Assembly: GCA_013239625.1 (NCBI GenBank)
Contig: MU053156.1
Location: forward strand, 124,467-186,466
Source of the DNA: Lama guanicoe
Taxonomy: Eukaryota
Direction of reading: 5' to 3'
Length of the DNA stretch: 62,000 nucleotides
Part shown: in pieces, positions 1-10,458 of the stretch
Layout of the letters: the number at the start of each line of letters is the position of its first letter
Position numbering within the stretch: the first letter of the stretch is position 1
Position numbers and translations under genes: made by a program
Notes under the pieces: generated by a model
What the model saw: the letters and a program-made list of their open reading frames with translations, nothing else
What the model was told of the DNA's origin: nothing
The model's database searches: none

Positions 1-589
1 TTCCAGAACCCCGGACATGCAGCGGGAGACCCTGCCCTGGGTGCCTACTGCTTTCCCATCAGCCTGGAACTCTGGGAACTCGGCCTCCCCAGCCCTTCCT
101 GCCACTGGTGCCACGGGGCCCCACTGGGTCCAAGCCCGGTGCCCGCGCCGCGCTCCATTCCGACCCTGCACTAGAGCTTTGCGCTCCCCACACACGTGAC
201 CCGGGGTGAGGGCTCCGCTGTCCCCACTGCCATCATGTTATTCCGATTTCAGGTGACATTTTTGTTCTTACGAACAAGATATTCTTTGCAGAGAACGTGT
301 TAAAGAGAGAGGTCTCCAGAAGAAAAAAAACGCTCACTGTGCACAGTTGGTAACAACTGATTCCTTCCTAAAAACGTACTTGGAGACCCTGAAGGGTACG
401 TCTCCCTGCGGGCCGGGTGCCACGCTGCGGGCCGGGTGCCAGCCTGAGACCACTGACTGGAAGGCAGCGAACTAGCAGAAAGGGGGAGGGTGTGTGAAAC
501 GGGTGGGGCCCAACCTGGGAAAGGATGGACACTTTTCATGGGGTACACACGAAGGGGTCCAGACCTCCAAGCCATGAGAGTATTTGCAG

Positions 590-618
590 ATACACGCACA
601 CACACACACACACACACA
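590..618. repeat. (CA)n microsatellite
   Basis: acacgcacacacacacacacacacaca seen directly; a (TG)n tract also lies at ~915-936. Confidence 0.9.
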
Positions 619-1429
619 AATCTGCATGCAGACTGCACACGTGGGGCTCTGCCTCCACCTCCTCCCTGGGCCAGGTCCATGTGCCCACCCGCCCCAGGCC
701 TTGGAGCCACGGTGGTCATGGTCAGCCACCAAGAATTCCCAGCGAGGGCAGCCGGTGGCCGAGGACAGACCCTCAGCTGTATTTTTGCTGGCAATAAAGC
801 TGACATTTTGGGTTCCATTTGCTTTAGACCTGTTTCTGTATCTCAGTTCCTTTTTCTGTCTGGCAGGGAGGAGAATGCTCTTATTGGAACCCTGCGGCCT
901 GATGCCTGCTCCTGGTGTGTGTGTGCGTGTGTGTGTCCTTCGTTCCTGAATGCAGCCTCCCCTTTCTACAGAGAACACAGCCCGGCGTGGGTACTTAGCC
1001 TGGGGAGAGCTTCCCCTACAGCTGTCAGAGGTCAGAGCTCACCTAGCAGTGGAGCAGCATTTCCCTTGAATCACACTTACTGTTCCTTCTTCATCTAACC
1101 CATTTTCTCCTCAGCGTCCTGAGACTAATGGCTTTTTACAGGCACAGATTCTTCCAATGAGCCACGGTTTCCTAATTGTTTAGCAGCCCCACTCCTGTGG
1201 CAACCTGGCAGTGCGGGTCCTCAGACATCTCCTTGGGGTCCTCCCCAACTTCTCGAAGAATCCTTACTTCTCAGCACTTACTGATGTCTCCTGGCTTCAT
1301 TTCCACAGCCCTGGGATCTCTGTTGGCATCTCTCCAGAGCCCTAGTTCCTTTAAATGGATGCAGGCATGAGGTTAAGTCGTGCCAAACTGACCTCACTCC
1401 TGGTTTTTACACTCTTTAGCTACTATTAG

Positions 1430-2245
1430 TCTTTTAATACATCACGTGATTTGGGATTCTCTTGTGCATGAAGCATTTGTGTATGTATGTTCATGCTGGA
1501 AATTATCCTGTCATGTTTTTTCTTCTTCCTTGTCTTTGATTTCAAAATAATGGCCTCATAGAATGAGATGCGGAAGATTTTGCCTCTTTTTCTATGGAAG
1601 AAATTATATATGGTTGGAATGATTTCACCTGTAAAACGTGGGACTATTTAATTATTTTGAAGAAAAATTTTAAAGAACTTACCAAATTTCAGTAATTCAG
1701 TAATTCATTCAACGTTACTATCTTTTTTCGAGTTAGTTTTGTTTATATTTGTCTAGATGTTTATTCATTTGATGTAAGTTTTCAAATTTATCAGCTTAAA
1801 GTTGTCTGTAACATCCTCGTGTTGGATTCATTCTCACGGCTCCTTTTAAATTCTTGATGTTATTGATTTGGATCTTTTTTCTTTATCAGTCTTGCTAGAT
1901 ATTTATTTTGTGTCTCTTCAAACACAAAATTCTGACTTTCATATGTTCTGTTTCATTAAATTCTACTCTTACCTCCTGCAACTTTCATTTTTCTTTGTTT
2001 TGTTGTAGTTCTTTTCTCACTTAAAATTGCAGCTCATTTGTTTTCAGCATTTTTGTATTAGCATTCAACAATACCTTTCACTTTAAATACTATTTTTGTG
2101 AAATCTCCATGTTTTGATATGCAACACCTTATTAACATTCAGTTCTAAATATTCTGAAGATTCCATCAAGTGTTCTTCCTTGACACATGGGTTATCTAGG
2201 TGTGTATTTTAAAATATCCGAATATATCAGAATTTTACTTGTCTT
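1430..2245 (-). mobile_element. Old, degraded LINE-1 (L1M-type) ORF2-region fragment
   Basis: T-rich antisense L1 phrases such as aataatggcctcatagaatgag, tttcacctgtaaaac, ttttcaaatttat and ttttctttatcagtcttgctaga. Boundaries approximate. Confidence 0.65.
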
Positions 2246-2249
2246 TTCC

Positions 2250-2975
2250 CAAAATTTTATTGTGGAAAACTTCAAACACACAGTAGAGCTGAAAGCACTT
2301 GCACCAAACAGCCATTTACCCATTTAGATTTCCCTTCAACGTTTGCTTGCATTCACTCTAGCGTGTCTGCCTTCTGCATCCACCTAGTCACCCATGAATT
2401 TATATTTTTTAATTCATTTCAAAGTACTTGCAGATTTCAGTACTTTACCTAAATATTTCAGCATGCATTGACTCGAGTTCAATATTTGTTTATTTATTCT
2501 TTTGCTGCATAATTTACATATAATGAAACACACAAATCTTAAGTGTATATTCATTGAGTTTTGATAAATGCACAGAGCTGTGTAACCCAAACAGCAATCA
2601 AGTTATAGAACATTACCATGACCTCCAGAAGTTTCCTTCCCAGTTCCCATCCTTTCCCCGATGTAACCAGAGTTCTAATTTTTTCCTACCGTAAGATAGT
2701 TTTGTATGTTCTGTACTTTCACATAAAATGGTATCATACCGCATATACTCTTGTGAAAGGCTTCCTTCACTTAGCATAGCGTTTCTGAGGTCCATCCATG
2801 CTGTCATGTGTATCTAAAGTCTGCTTCTTCAGATTGCCGAGTAATCTCGTTGAATGACTCTGCCACAGTTGGTTTTCCCAGTTTCTTACTGATGAGCACC
2901 TGGGCTATTTTTGCTCTTTGGGTGAATGAATAAAAGCCGTTTCAAAGTTCCTGCACTCGTCTTTTTGTGGGTATA
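2250..2975 (-). mobile_element. L1M (L1MC/MD/ME-like) 3'-end fragments
   Basis: aaaattttattgtggaaaacttcaaacac; ataatttacatataatgaaacacacaaatcttaagtgta; cttccttcacttagcatagcgtttctgaggtccatccatgctgt. The last is the antisense of TWMDLRNAMLSE, seen in ORF 2613..2807. Confidence 0.8.
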
Positions 2976-2984
2976 TATATTTTT

Positions 2985-3290
2985 TAACATATGCAAAAAT
3001 CCTTAATGAGATACTGACAAATGAAATTTAAAAATACATTAAAACATTATCCCCCATGATCAAGTGGGACTTATGCCAGGGATGCAAAGCTGGTTCATTA
3101 TCTTCATATCAAACAATTTGATGAGCCACACTAACAAAATAAAGAACAAAAACCATACAATCTTATCAACAGATGCAGAGAAAGCTTCCGACAATGCCCA
3201 ACACTCATAAAACCTTTCAACAAAGTATGTGTAGAGGGGACATACCTCAAAATAAGAAGGCCAAATGTCACAAACCCACAATCACAATCA
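2985..3290 (+). mobile_element. LINE-1 ORF2 reverse-transcriptase fragment nested in opposite orientation inside an older L1
   Basis: Translates HDQVGLMPGMQSWFIIFISNNLMSHTNKIKNKNHTILSTDAEKASDNAQH, a degenerate match to L1 ORF2 HDQVGFIPGMQGWFN...KNHMIISIDAEKAFDKIQH. Confidence 0.9.
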
Positions 3291-3384
3291 ACATCTTTTT
3301 TTTCAATGGCACATACAGACTATATTGCATGTAATACATATATACAGTATACTGCATGTGGGCATGAGATTTAATTTGTCTTAG

Positions 3385-3606
3385 CTGTGGACATGCTGGG
3401 TTATAGGGTTGATGTATATTTAGTTTCACAGGAAACTCCCAGACCTTATTCCTAAAGTGGTTCTACCAGATTTCATCCCCACCAACAATGGATGAGAGTT
3501 CCTGTTGCTGCACATCCTTTCCAACACTTGTTGTCAGCCTTGTCAGTGTTAGCTCTCCTAGGATGTGTAGTGGTATCTTACTGTGGTTTTAATTTGTGCT
3601 TCCCTG
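3385..3606 (-). mobile_element. L1M 3' region, continuation of the element interrupted at ~2975
   Basis: ctaaagtggttctacca...ccaccaacaatggatgagagttcctgttgctgcacatcctttccaacacttg...gtggtatcttactgtggttttaatttg is typical antisense L1 ORF2 3'/3'UTR wording. Confidence 0.8.
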
Positions 3607-3781
3607 GAGGAAAGTGAGCAATAGGATGGTTTCTCAGAGAGATGATGGTGGAAATCAAGCCTGGTTGTGATCATTGTTACAGCTTTGCTCTTTTTCTTTC
3701 TTTTTTTTTCTTTTTTTAGTCTCCATCAAATCCTTTCTCATATTTCCTTTTGGTTTCCCTTATTTATATTTTTCCTGTTTA

Positions 3782-3903
3782 TTTTTTTTAACTTTTTTTA
3801 TTGAGTTATAATCATTTTACAATGTTGTGTCAAATTCCAATGTAGAGCACAATTTTTCAGTTATACATGAACATATATATACATATTCATTGTCACATTT
3901 TTT
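3782..3903 (-). mobile_element. Young LINE-1 3' terminus (camelid-type) with poly(A) tail, running into an assembly gap
   Basis: Poly-T followed by ttattgagttataatcattttacaatgttgtgtcaaattccaatgtagagcacaatttttcagttatacatgaaca. Lineage assignment is from recall. Confidence 0.8.
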
Positions 3904-4509
3904 NNNNNNNNNNNNNNNNNNNNNNNNNNNNNNNNNNNNNNNNNNNNNNNNNNNNNNNNNNNNNNNNNNNNNNNNNNNNNNNNNNNNNNNNNNNNNNNNN
4001 NNNNNNNNNNNNNNNNNNNNNNNNNNNNNNNNNNNNNNNNNNNNNNNNNNNNNNNNNNNNNNNNNNNNNNNNNNNNNNNNNNNNNNNNNNNNNNNNNNNN
4101 NNNNNNNNNNNNNNNNNNNNNNNNNNNNNNNNNNNNNNNNNNNNNNNNNNNNNNNNNNNNNNNNNNNNNNNNNNNNNNNNNNNNNNNNNNNNNNNNNNNN
4201 NNNNNNNNNNNNNNNNNNNNNNNNNNNNNNNNNNNNNNNNNNNNNNNNNNNNNNNNNNNNNNNNNNNNNNNNNNNNNNNNNNNNNNNNNNNNNNNNNNNN
4301 NNNNNNNNNNNNNNNNNNNNNNNNNNNNNNNNNNNNNNNNNNNNNNNNNNNNNNNNNNNNNNNNNNNNNNNNNNNNNNNNNNNNNNNNNNNNNNNNNNNN
4401 NNNNNNNNNNNNNNNNNNNNNNNNNNNNNNNNNNNNNNNNNNNNNNNNNNNNNNNNNNNNNNNNNNNNNNNNNNNNNNNNNNNNNNNNNNNNNNNNNNNN
4501 NNNNNNNNN
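3904..4509. other. Assembly gap (606 N)
   Basis: Run of N. Confidence 1.
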
Positions 4510-5205
4510 CGCCCGCGAACCATCTCGGGGCCGCACCGCTGCCGCCGCCGCATTCGGCACGAAGCTCCGCGGCAGCCGCTCGGTCAGCGCCGCGCTTCCC
4601 GGAGGGACTTCGCTGCCGCCGCTGCAGCCGCTTCAGCTGCCTGGAGGGAGAAGAGCCGGCGCCGCTCGGGAGAACCGCAGACACATCTGCCCCTCGGAAA
4701 GGCTTCCGCGTGACTGCCTGGCAATCTGACCTTCGGGTGGGCGGAGGGAGGGCGCCGGGGCGTGGCCTGGAAGCGTGTGCGCGGATTGGCTGTCGTGTCT
4801 CTGGGGGCGGGTCTGCTGGCCCCTTAGATTTGTAGTCTTTTTGCCTACCAGGACTTTTTTTTTTGAAGGGGGTTAGTGATTTGTTTTATTTTTACATTGA
4901 TCAGCTATCAAATTGTTTTACTTTGGTAGTATAGCCCCAAACTGGAGTACAATTGGAGCCGCCCGCGAACCATCTCGGGGCCGCACCGCTGCCGCCGCCG
5001 CGTTCGGCACGAAGCTCCGCGGCAGCCGCTTGGCCCACGCCGCGCCTCCCAGAGGGACAGCGCCGCTGCCGCTGCAGCCGCTGCAGCCGCCGCCGCCGCC
5101 GCCGCTCGGGAGAGCCCCAGAGCCGAGCCGCCGGCTGCTCGGATCGGCTGCCGCCTGCCTGCCTGCCTGCCTGCCTGCCTGCCCACCCGCCTACCTGAGG
5201 TACTG
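4510..5205. promoter_or_regulatory. CpG island / promoter-like block with a ~160-bp unit repeated at 450-bp period
   Basis: Very CpG-dense. GC boxes at 4739-4744, 4757-4766 and 4804-4811; ATTGG (CCAAT) at 4785-4789; ETS-like CTTCCG at 4703-4708; ZNF143-like GACTACAAATC on minus at 4827-4837. 4510-~4672 is repeated at 4960-~5113. (GCC)n ~5087-5105 and (GCCT)n ~5153-5183. Confidence 0.7.
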
Positions 5206-5239
5206 ACCGAACGGGTCCATCTACGGGTGTAGGGGCCGG

Positions 5240-5573
5240 GCCTGGGAGGATAAGGGAAGATTACCAGCTATGGGGGGAACTGACATCAGGTTGACTCATT
5301 GGTTACCAGGGAAGCCAGCAGAAGAACACGTAAGCCCCTCACTGTTCCTTTGACAACTTGTGATAAGCTATCAGAGAGGAGAGCAGTTCTGATCTGAAGA
5401 TTGGAACAATCACTAGCTGGGGCCAGGGAAATTATGTAGGCAGTACAGATTATGTTCTCTGATTAAGAGGGAAGCCTGGCCATGGGGGTAGGATGTAGGT
5501 GAAGGTGGGACTGGTCCGGCAAGGGATGTACAGAGAGCAAGAAAATAGCCATCTTGGGTGGCCTGACCATACA
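5240..5573 (-). mobile_element. ERV LTR, 5' (U3) portion; 3' part missing or replaced by the CpG block
   Basis: Minus strand begins TGTATGGTCAGGCCACCCAAGATGGC at 5573 (TG start, YY1-like CAAGATGGC). CCAAT at 5298-5302 and TGACTCA at 5292-5298. No poly(A) signal or CA end found; left boundary uncertain. Confidence 0.65.
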
Positions 5574-5969
5574 GATGGTAAACAGAATTTTGACTGTATG
5601 GGAGCTGAATGTATATACCCAAATAATAAAATATTATCTCAGTTTATGGCCATCTAATCTGTTATTCTACCCTTATTTTTTAACTAGAAATGAACTAAAT
5701 TGGAAAGATTAGGCTTATATTGATATGTCTAAGGGACAGTCTCTGAGGACAGCAGAAAAATAAAAGCAGGCAGAGTATTTTTAATTAATATTAAGGGCTA
5801 TAAAATATTGGATTAATAGATTAGCATGTCTCATGTCTTTCTCATCACATTGTCAGAACAATATACATAGTGTTAAATGTAGTTTTAATATGTAGTTTAG
5901 ATACTGTCAGCATTGAAGCGGCTCCTGCAGTGTTTACCATAGCAGATTTACATTGGTAACTTTTAACAG

Positions 5970-6092
5970 TCTATGAAGTGCTGGCACATGCCTGGTGGTT
6001 TTAAATTTATTTTCTCATGATAATCCTGTAAAGTAGATAAAACTGAGGGTCCACTCAACTGAGGTAAAGGGCAGAGCCTGGACTTAAATCCT
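5970..6092 (-). mobile_element. MIR SINE fragment
   Basis: ctcatgataatcctgtaaagtagataaaactgagg...gtaaagggcagagcctggacttaaatcc resembles the MIR core. Confidence 0.5.
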
Positions 6093-6275
6093 CCCCCATC
6101 TCTGGCACTTACTTCTTTTGATAAGCTCTCAGACACTATGTATCATTAACAAACATGCACCTGTATGTTCGAACTTCCTTCCTCAGCGGCTGGATCATGT
6201 CTATAGCGACTGCATTTGGAGCTCAAAACCTGCGGCTCTGGTAAAACAATCAGAGAGCCAGTAGTTTCTAACTCT

Positions 6276-6570
6276 TATTAAAAGATAAACTGAAGTGTGT
6301 TACAATTTTTTTAAGTTTATCTGAGCAAAAGTTGATTAGAATAGGGCGTCGCCAAACCAGAAGTGCTTAGGAGAGCTCCCCGGGCAGGAGCTCACAGAGA
6401 AAGAGGGGAAGCAAAGTAATGAAGTTGTGGGCTGCCTGCAGCTTACAGCCTAGCTGGCCACTTGTGATGCGTCGTCCTAGGTTTCAGTTTTCTAACCTGC
6501 AGGTATTCACAGGCTTTGAGCTTTGTTTGCTTACACAGACATCATGGCCTGAGACCCCGCCTCAGTCTCC
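6276..6570 (-). mobile_element. ERV1-type LTR (degraded)
   Basis: tattaaaagataaactgaag...aagtttatctgagcaaaagttgattagaatagggcgtcgccaaaccagaagtg...gcctcagtct resembles MER51-like laurasiatherian LTRs (from recall). Termini eroded. Confidence 0.6.
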
Positions 6571-7039
6571 TGGCCTTCTTGCCCTCCAAATGCCTCATGC
6601 CTCTTAATCTGGAGCCGCCCTTTCTCACCGCTTCCTACCTCCATGATGGGCTATTGCCCTTTCCAAGAGCTTTCAGAGTAGATGCTCTGAGTTCACCTCT
6701 GTCATGGTACTTGTCACCTGACTCTAAGTGTTTATTCCCACTAGAATTAGCATGGTTTCCCGCACTCCCCAGGCACTTAGGGATGTTGGCTGGGCACAGA
6801 AATGACTGACTACATCGATGTGGGTTGTTCTACCTCCTCTTAATCAGTTTTCTCTTTTCTGGCTGATGTTTTTCATCCTGGTTTTGCCTGTTGGTCATTA
6901 TCACAGTGGTTTTTAACCTTCTTTCTAAATCACAATCAAGTATGTGGCTTCTGGACTTACAGGGAATGCCTAGATATGAGTGAGTAGGTAAGATGTAGTA
7001 CCAACCCATTTCGACAATGTGATGGCAACGTTGTATTTT

Positions 7040-7075
7040 AGAGGATCAATAAATACTTGCTGAATGAATGAACAA
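7040..7075 (+). mobile_element. LINE-2 3' end
   Basis: caataaatacttgctgaatgaatgaa is the canonical L2 tail. Confidence 0.65.
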
Positions 7076-8024
7076 AGGGAGAAAATATTAAATGTTCTCA
7101 GTGATGAGGGTAATTGGGCAGGGCAGAATCCTAAGTAAATCCTGTTTCCCAACACTAGCAGAAAGCAGAAGGTAGCTACTACCAAAGGCTGCATAATTCT
7201 GAGAAGGCCTGTTTGCAGATCTGAGTAAATGAGGACTCTTAAGTAAATCTTAGTCCTCTGAAAGCTAACATTAAGTTTGGGGAAATTTTTTTAAATTAAA
7301 ATTTTACGTACAAAAAATTTAAACTTACACATATTAAAATTTCATATTTATTGTATGTTATGTATTACATATTCTATATTATGCAACATGTTACATATCA
7401 TATATAATGTAATACTATGATACCATCAAAATGATGCTTATAAATCAATGTTTATCTACATGTAAAGAAAATTGCAATATATTCAGTGAATTAGTAAGGT
7501 CTACTCAAAAATGCCTCTGTGTTTGTTTTTTAAAAAGTAAATATATATTCATATATGTATAAGACACTCTCTGGAAAGATCTATAACAAAATGTTAATGG
7601 TAGATGCCTCTAGGCAATGATATTAAAGGCGATTTTTACTATGTTCTTTATATCTTTTTGTTATCTGAATATTTAAAAAGGAAATTATAATCTATCTGAA
7701 ATTTGGAAAACAAAATAATATATTCATTCCGAATAATTTGTGATATGTTTTCAATGTTACCTGGTGCTAAAACCCAGTGACACTGAATGGTATCTGGGGC
7801 TTAGACAGGAAACAAGCATGGAAGGAGGGAAACCGAAACTGAAAATGGGTTGACTAAAAACAAATCTTTCCAGAAATACTTCAAAGTTGCAATTAGATTT
7901 CCAAAGAAGGCTTTCTTACCTCCTTGAAGATTTCTCTTTATCAACATTGCCTGCAGGGTGTGGGGTCTTTGAGGTGATGGCAGCAGCGAAAAAACGCTGG
8001 ATTCCAGTGATACAATAGAGGAAA

Positions 8025-8569
8025 TGTTACCAAGTCCAAACCCATTCTGCTCACCGCGTGACAGGCTAATAAACTGGGAGATGAGGTGTTGGGGCAAAGA
8101 ATAGTGACTTTATTCAGAAAGCCAGCAGACCGAGAGGATGGCAAACTAACAATGTCTTGGAGAGCCATCCTGCTCCAGTCAGAATAGAGTCTCCTTTTAT
8201 ACAAAACAAAACAAAACAAAACAAAAAACAGGGGAGGCTGTGTGGCTGGTTGTTGCAAACTTCTTGGTGTAGGAATTCTTTGTTCCTGCAGCTGTCCGTG
8301 AGAGCAGGTCATGGCTCTCCTGCAAAACCTCCAACAAAACAAAGGCTACTGTCTATTCTGCAACTTGTTATCTTTATGTAAGTGCAGAAGAGTTAATATC
8401 CTTAAAGGTCAGAGCCTTGAGAAAGGGCTCTTCTGTTTACCAGATAGGCTAAAGGCAACATTCATTTAAAAAAGGTGCAGAGCTAGCAAGAATAAATCCA
8501 GAAAAAGAGCACAATGGCTAAAACTAAAGGAACAGATCCAAGATAGAGTCATATCTGTTCTCTATTACA
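8025..8569 (-). mobile_element. Intact solo ERV1 LTR (545 bp) with 4-bp TSD GAAA
   Basis: Minus strand TGTAATAGAG...TTGGTAACA (TG...CA). GAAA at 8021-8024 and 8570-8573. Minus-strand AATAAA at ~8109-8114. Internal (CAAAA)n at ~8201-8229. Confidence 0.9.
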
Positions 8570-10232
8570 GAAAGGAAGGTGGAAGGATAATCAGTCTAGA
8601 ATGGTACCCACTGACTTCTGTCAAGGAAAGCATCACATAGTTGACTTTTTTTTTTTAAGTTTTAGAGCAAAGTGGAATCAATTCTTTTGAAATTTGCTCA
8701 CACCAGCTACTTGGAATTTCTTTAATGCCTTTCAGCAGATTGAACACATGTGAAACTAAATCAAAAATCTACTTTAATATAGTTCATCCCTAGTTAAATC
8801 CGATGTTTTACAGAGTATGGTGATTATGAACTGCTAAAATTCACTAACTACATTTTAAAATATATTTAACAATGTCATATTTTTTAAGTAAATTCAATTT
8901 GAAATTGATAGCCTTAGCTCTAGTGCTTTTTTGGTGGAGGAAAATTACCTGGGGGTGGAGGGATAGCCCAGGGGAGAGCTGTAGTTTTTATGGTATTATT
9001 GTTGACAAATATAAAAGAACTATAATGACTGAGAAGACATAGAATTAAGAAATTATATAGAGCCTGAAGTTTTACTCTATATCATTATTAATTCTGTAAT
9101 ATAATTATATTACTAAATTGTATAAAAATAACCAATCAATTTAATAATAAAATGAAAGTGATGTCAAGGTGAATGAATAATAAATAATATGATTTATAAT
9201 TTTTAAATGGTTTTCTTAATAATACATAACCAAGGAGAACATCAGCATCCAGTGGATGAGCTGAGTTGGCTGAAAATCACGGTGACATCCGATTTAATGA
9301 TTTATTGCTTGTCCTCTTTGATTGTGTATGAGGCCATTTCCTCATAAATCTCAGGACCCCAGTTTGGGAAGTTGCCCCCAGATGAACCTTAAGCTTATAG
9401 ATGTTTACAAAACATATTCTTTCCCTGATTTGAGATCTCAAATGGAAAAAGACTATAAACACACAACTGAATCATTTTCCGCTTCTCTATAACATACAGT
9501 ATCATTATTAAATTAATGACTAATGACAATTAACAGCTGTCTACTTTCTAACATTTGCATACATATTTTAATAATCATGTTATTCAGAAAATTTCTTAAA
9601 CAGATTCAAACATCTACTTACAATTTGGTATTTTCCTCATCAAATTTCATCTGCTTCCCATCTTCCTCTTTTTTCAGATTCCATCTGGAAGTTTGGATAA
9701 CCACTCCTTCTGAACTTTGAGTTAGTCAAAATTATTCTGTCTCCATCTCTGATTTTTAACACAATATCTCACATTGTAAATACTATTTACAACTCTTTAA
9801 GGGAAAATTATTTAGTTGCTTTTCTAAAATCCTGATTATTTATGTGAAAATGTTAGGTTACTATAAACTGTAACTGAATGTTAGTGTTAGTTATTGTCAT
9901 TCTTTTCTTTTTTTCAAGGAAAAATAATGTTTGAAACCAACAGATAGAAGTAATATAGATGATTGGAAGTGACATAGATCATTGTACCATTCATGTATCT
10001 TGATAGGACTCACATTTAATGGGAAATAAATGATTAACATAAAAACTCCAGCAAGACAGCAAGTGAAAATGGTTTGAAACCTGACTACAATTTTCATGGT
10101 GTGAATAAAGCAGTAGCCAAAGAGGAAGGGCTTTCCTGGTAAATGAAAAGGTTTTCTGATACATAGTGTCTATGTGCAATAATTTTGGGATGAGGTGAAC
10201 CTGAATTATTTTTCAAAACTCTATTTTTCATT

Positions 10233-10383
10233 AAAACCGACAACATAATGCCATTTGCAGCAACATGGATGCTCCTAGAGAATGTCATTCTAAGTGAAGT
10301 AAGCCAGAAAGTGAAAGAAAAATACCATATGAGATCGCTCATATGTGGAATCTAAAAAACAAAAACAAAAACAAACAAACAAA
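10233..10383 (+). mobile_element. Young LINE-1 3' region (camelid-type), running into a gap
   Basis: aacataatgccatttgcagcaacatggatgctcctagagaatgtcattctaagtgaagtaagccagaaag...gagatcgctcatatgtggaatctaaaaaac, the ORF2 end MPFAATWM followed by 3'UTR. Confidence 0.9.
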
Positions 10384-10458
10384 NNNNNNNNNNNNNNNNN
10401 NNNNNNNNNNNNNNNNNNNNNNNNNNNNNNNNNNNNNNNNNNNNNNNNNNNNNNNNNN
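10384..10458. other. Assembly gap (75 N)
   Basis: Run of N. Confidence 1.

Noticed and set aside
406..441. 17-bp direct repeat ctgcgggccgggtgcca
   Set aside because: Ordinary slippage-scale duplication with no further structure.
4552..4562. ATTCGGCACGA resembling the EcoRI cDNA adaptor AATTCGGCACGAG
   Set aside because: Imperfect match, embedded in a repeated genomic unit that recurs at ~5002 with a variant; not vector contamination.
3817..4835. Long ORFs containing X runs
   Set aside because: Artefacts of reading through the N gap.
4908..4974. Minus-strand ATG giving MVRGR..., like the ENOSF1 N-terminus
   Set aside because: Similarity limited to 5 residues; the frame closes after about 21 codons.
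6903..9372. hAT/MER5-like termini (cagtggtttttaacc at ~6904; ggaccccagtttgggaa at ~9355)
   Set aside because: Too short and degenerate to delimit an element.
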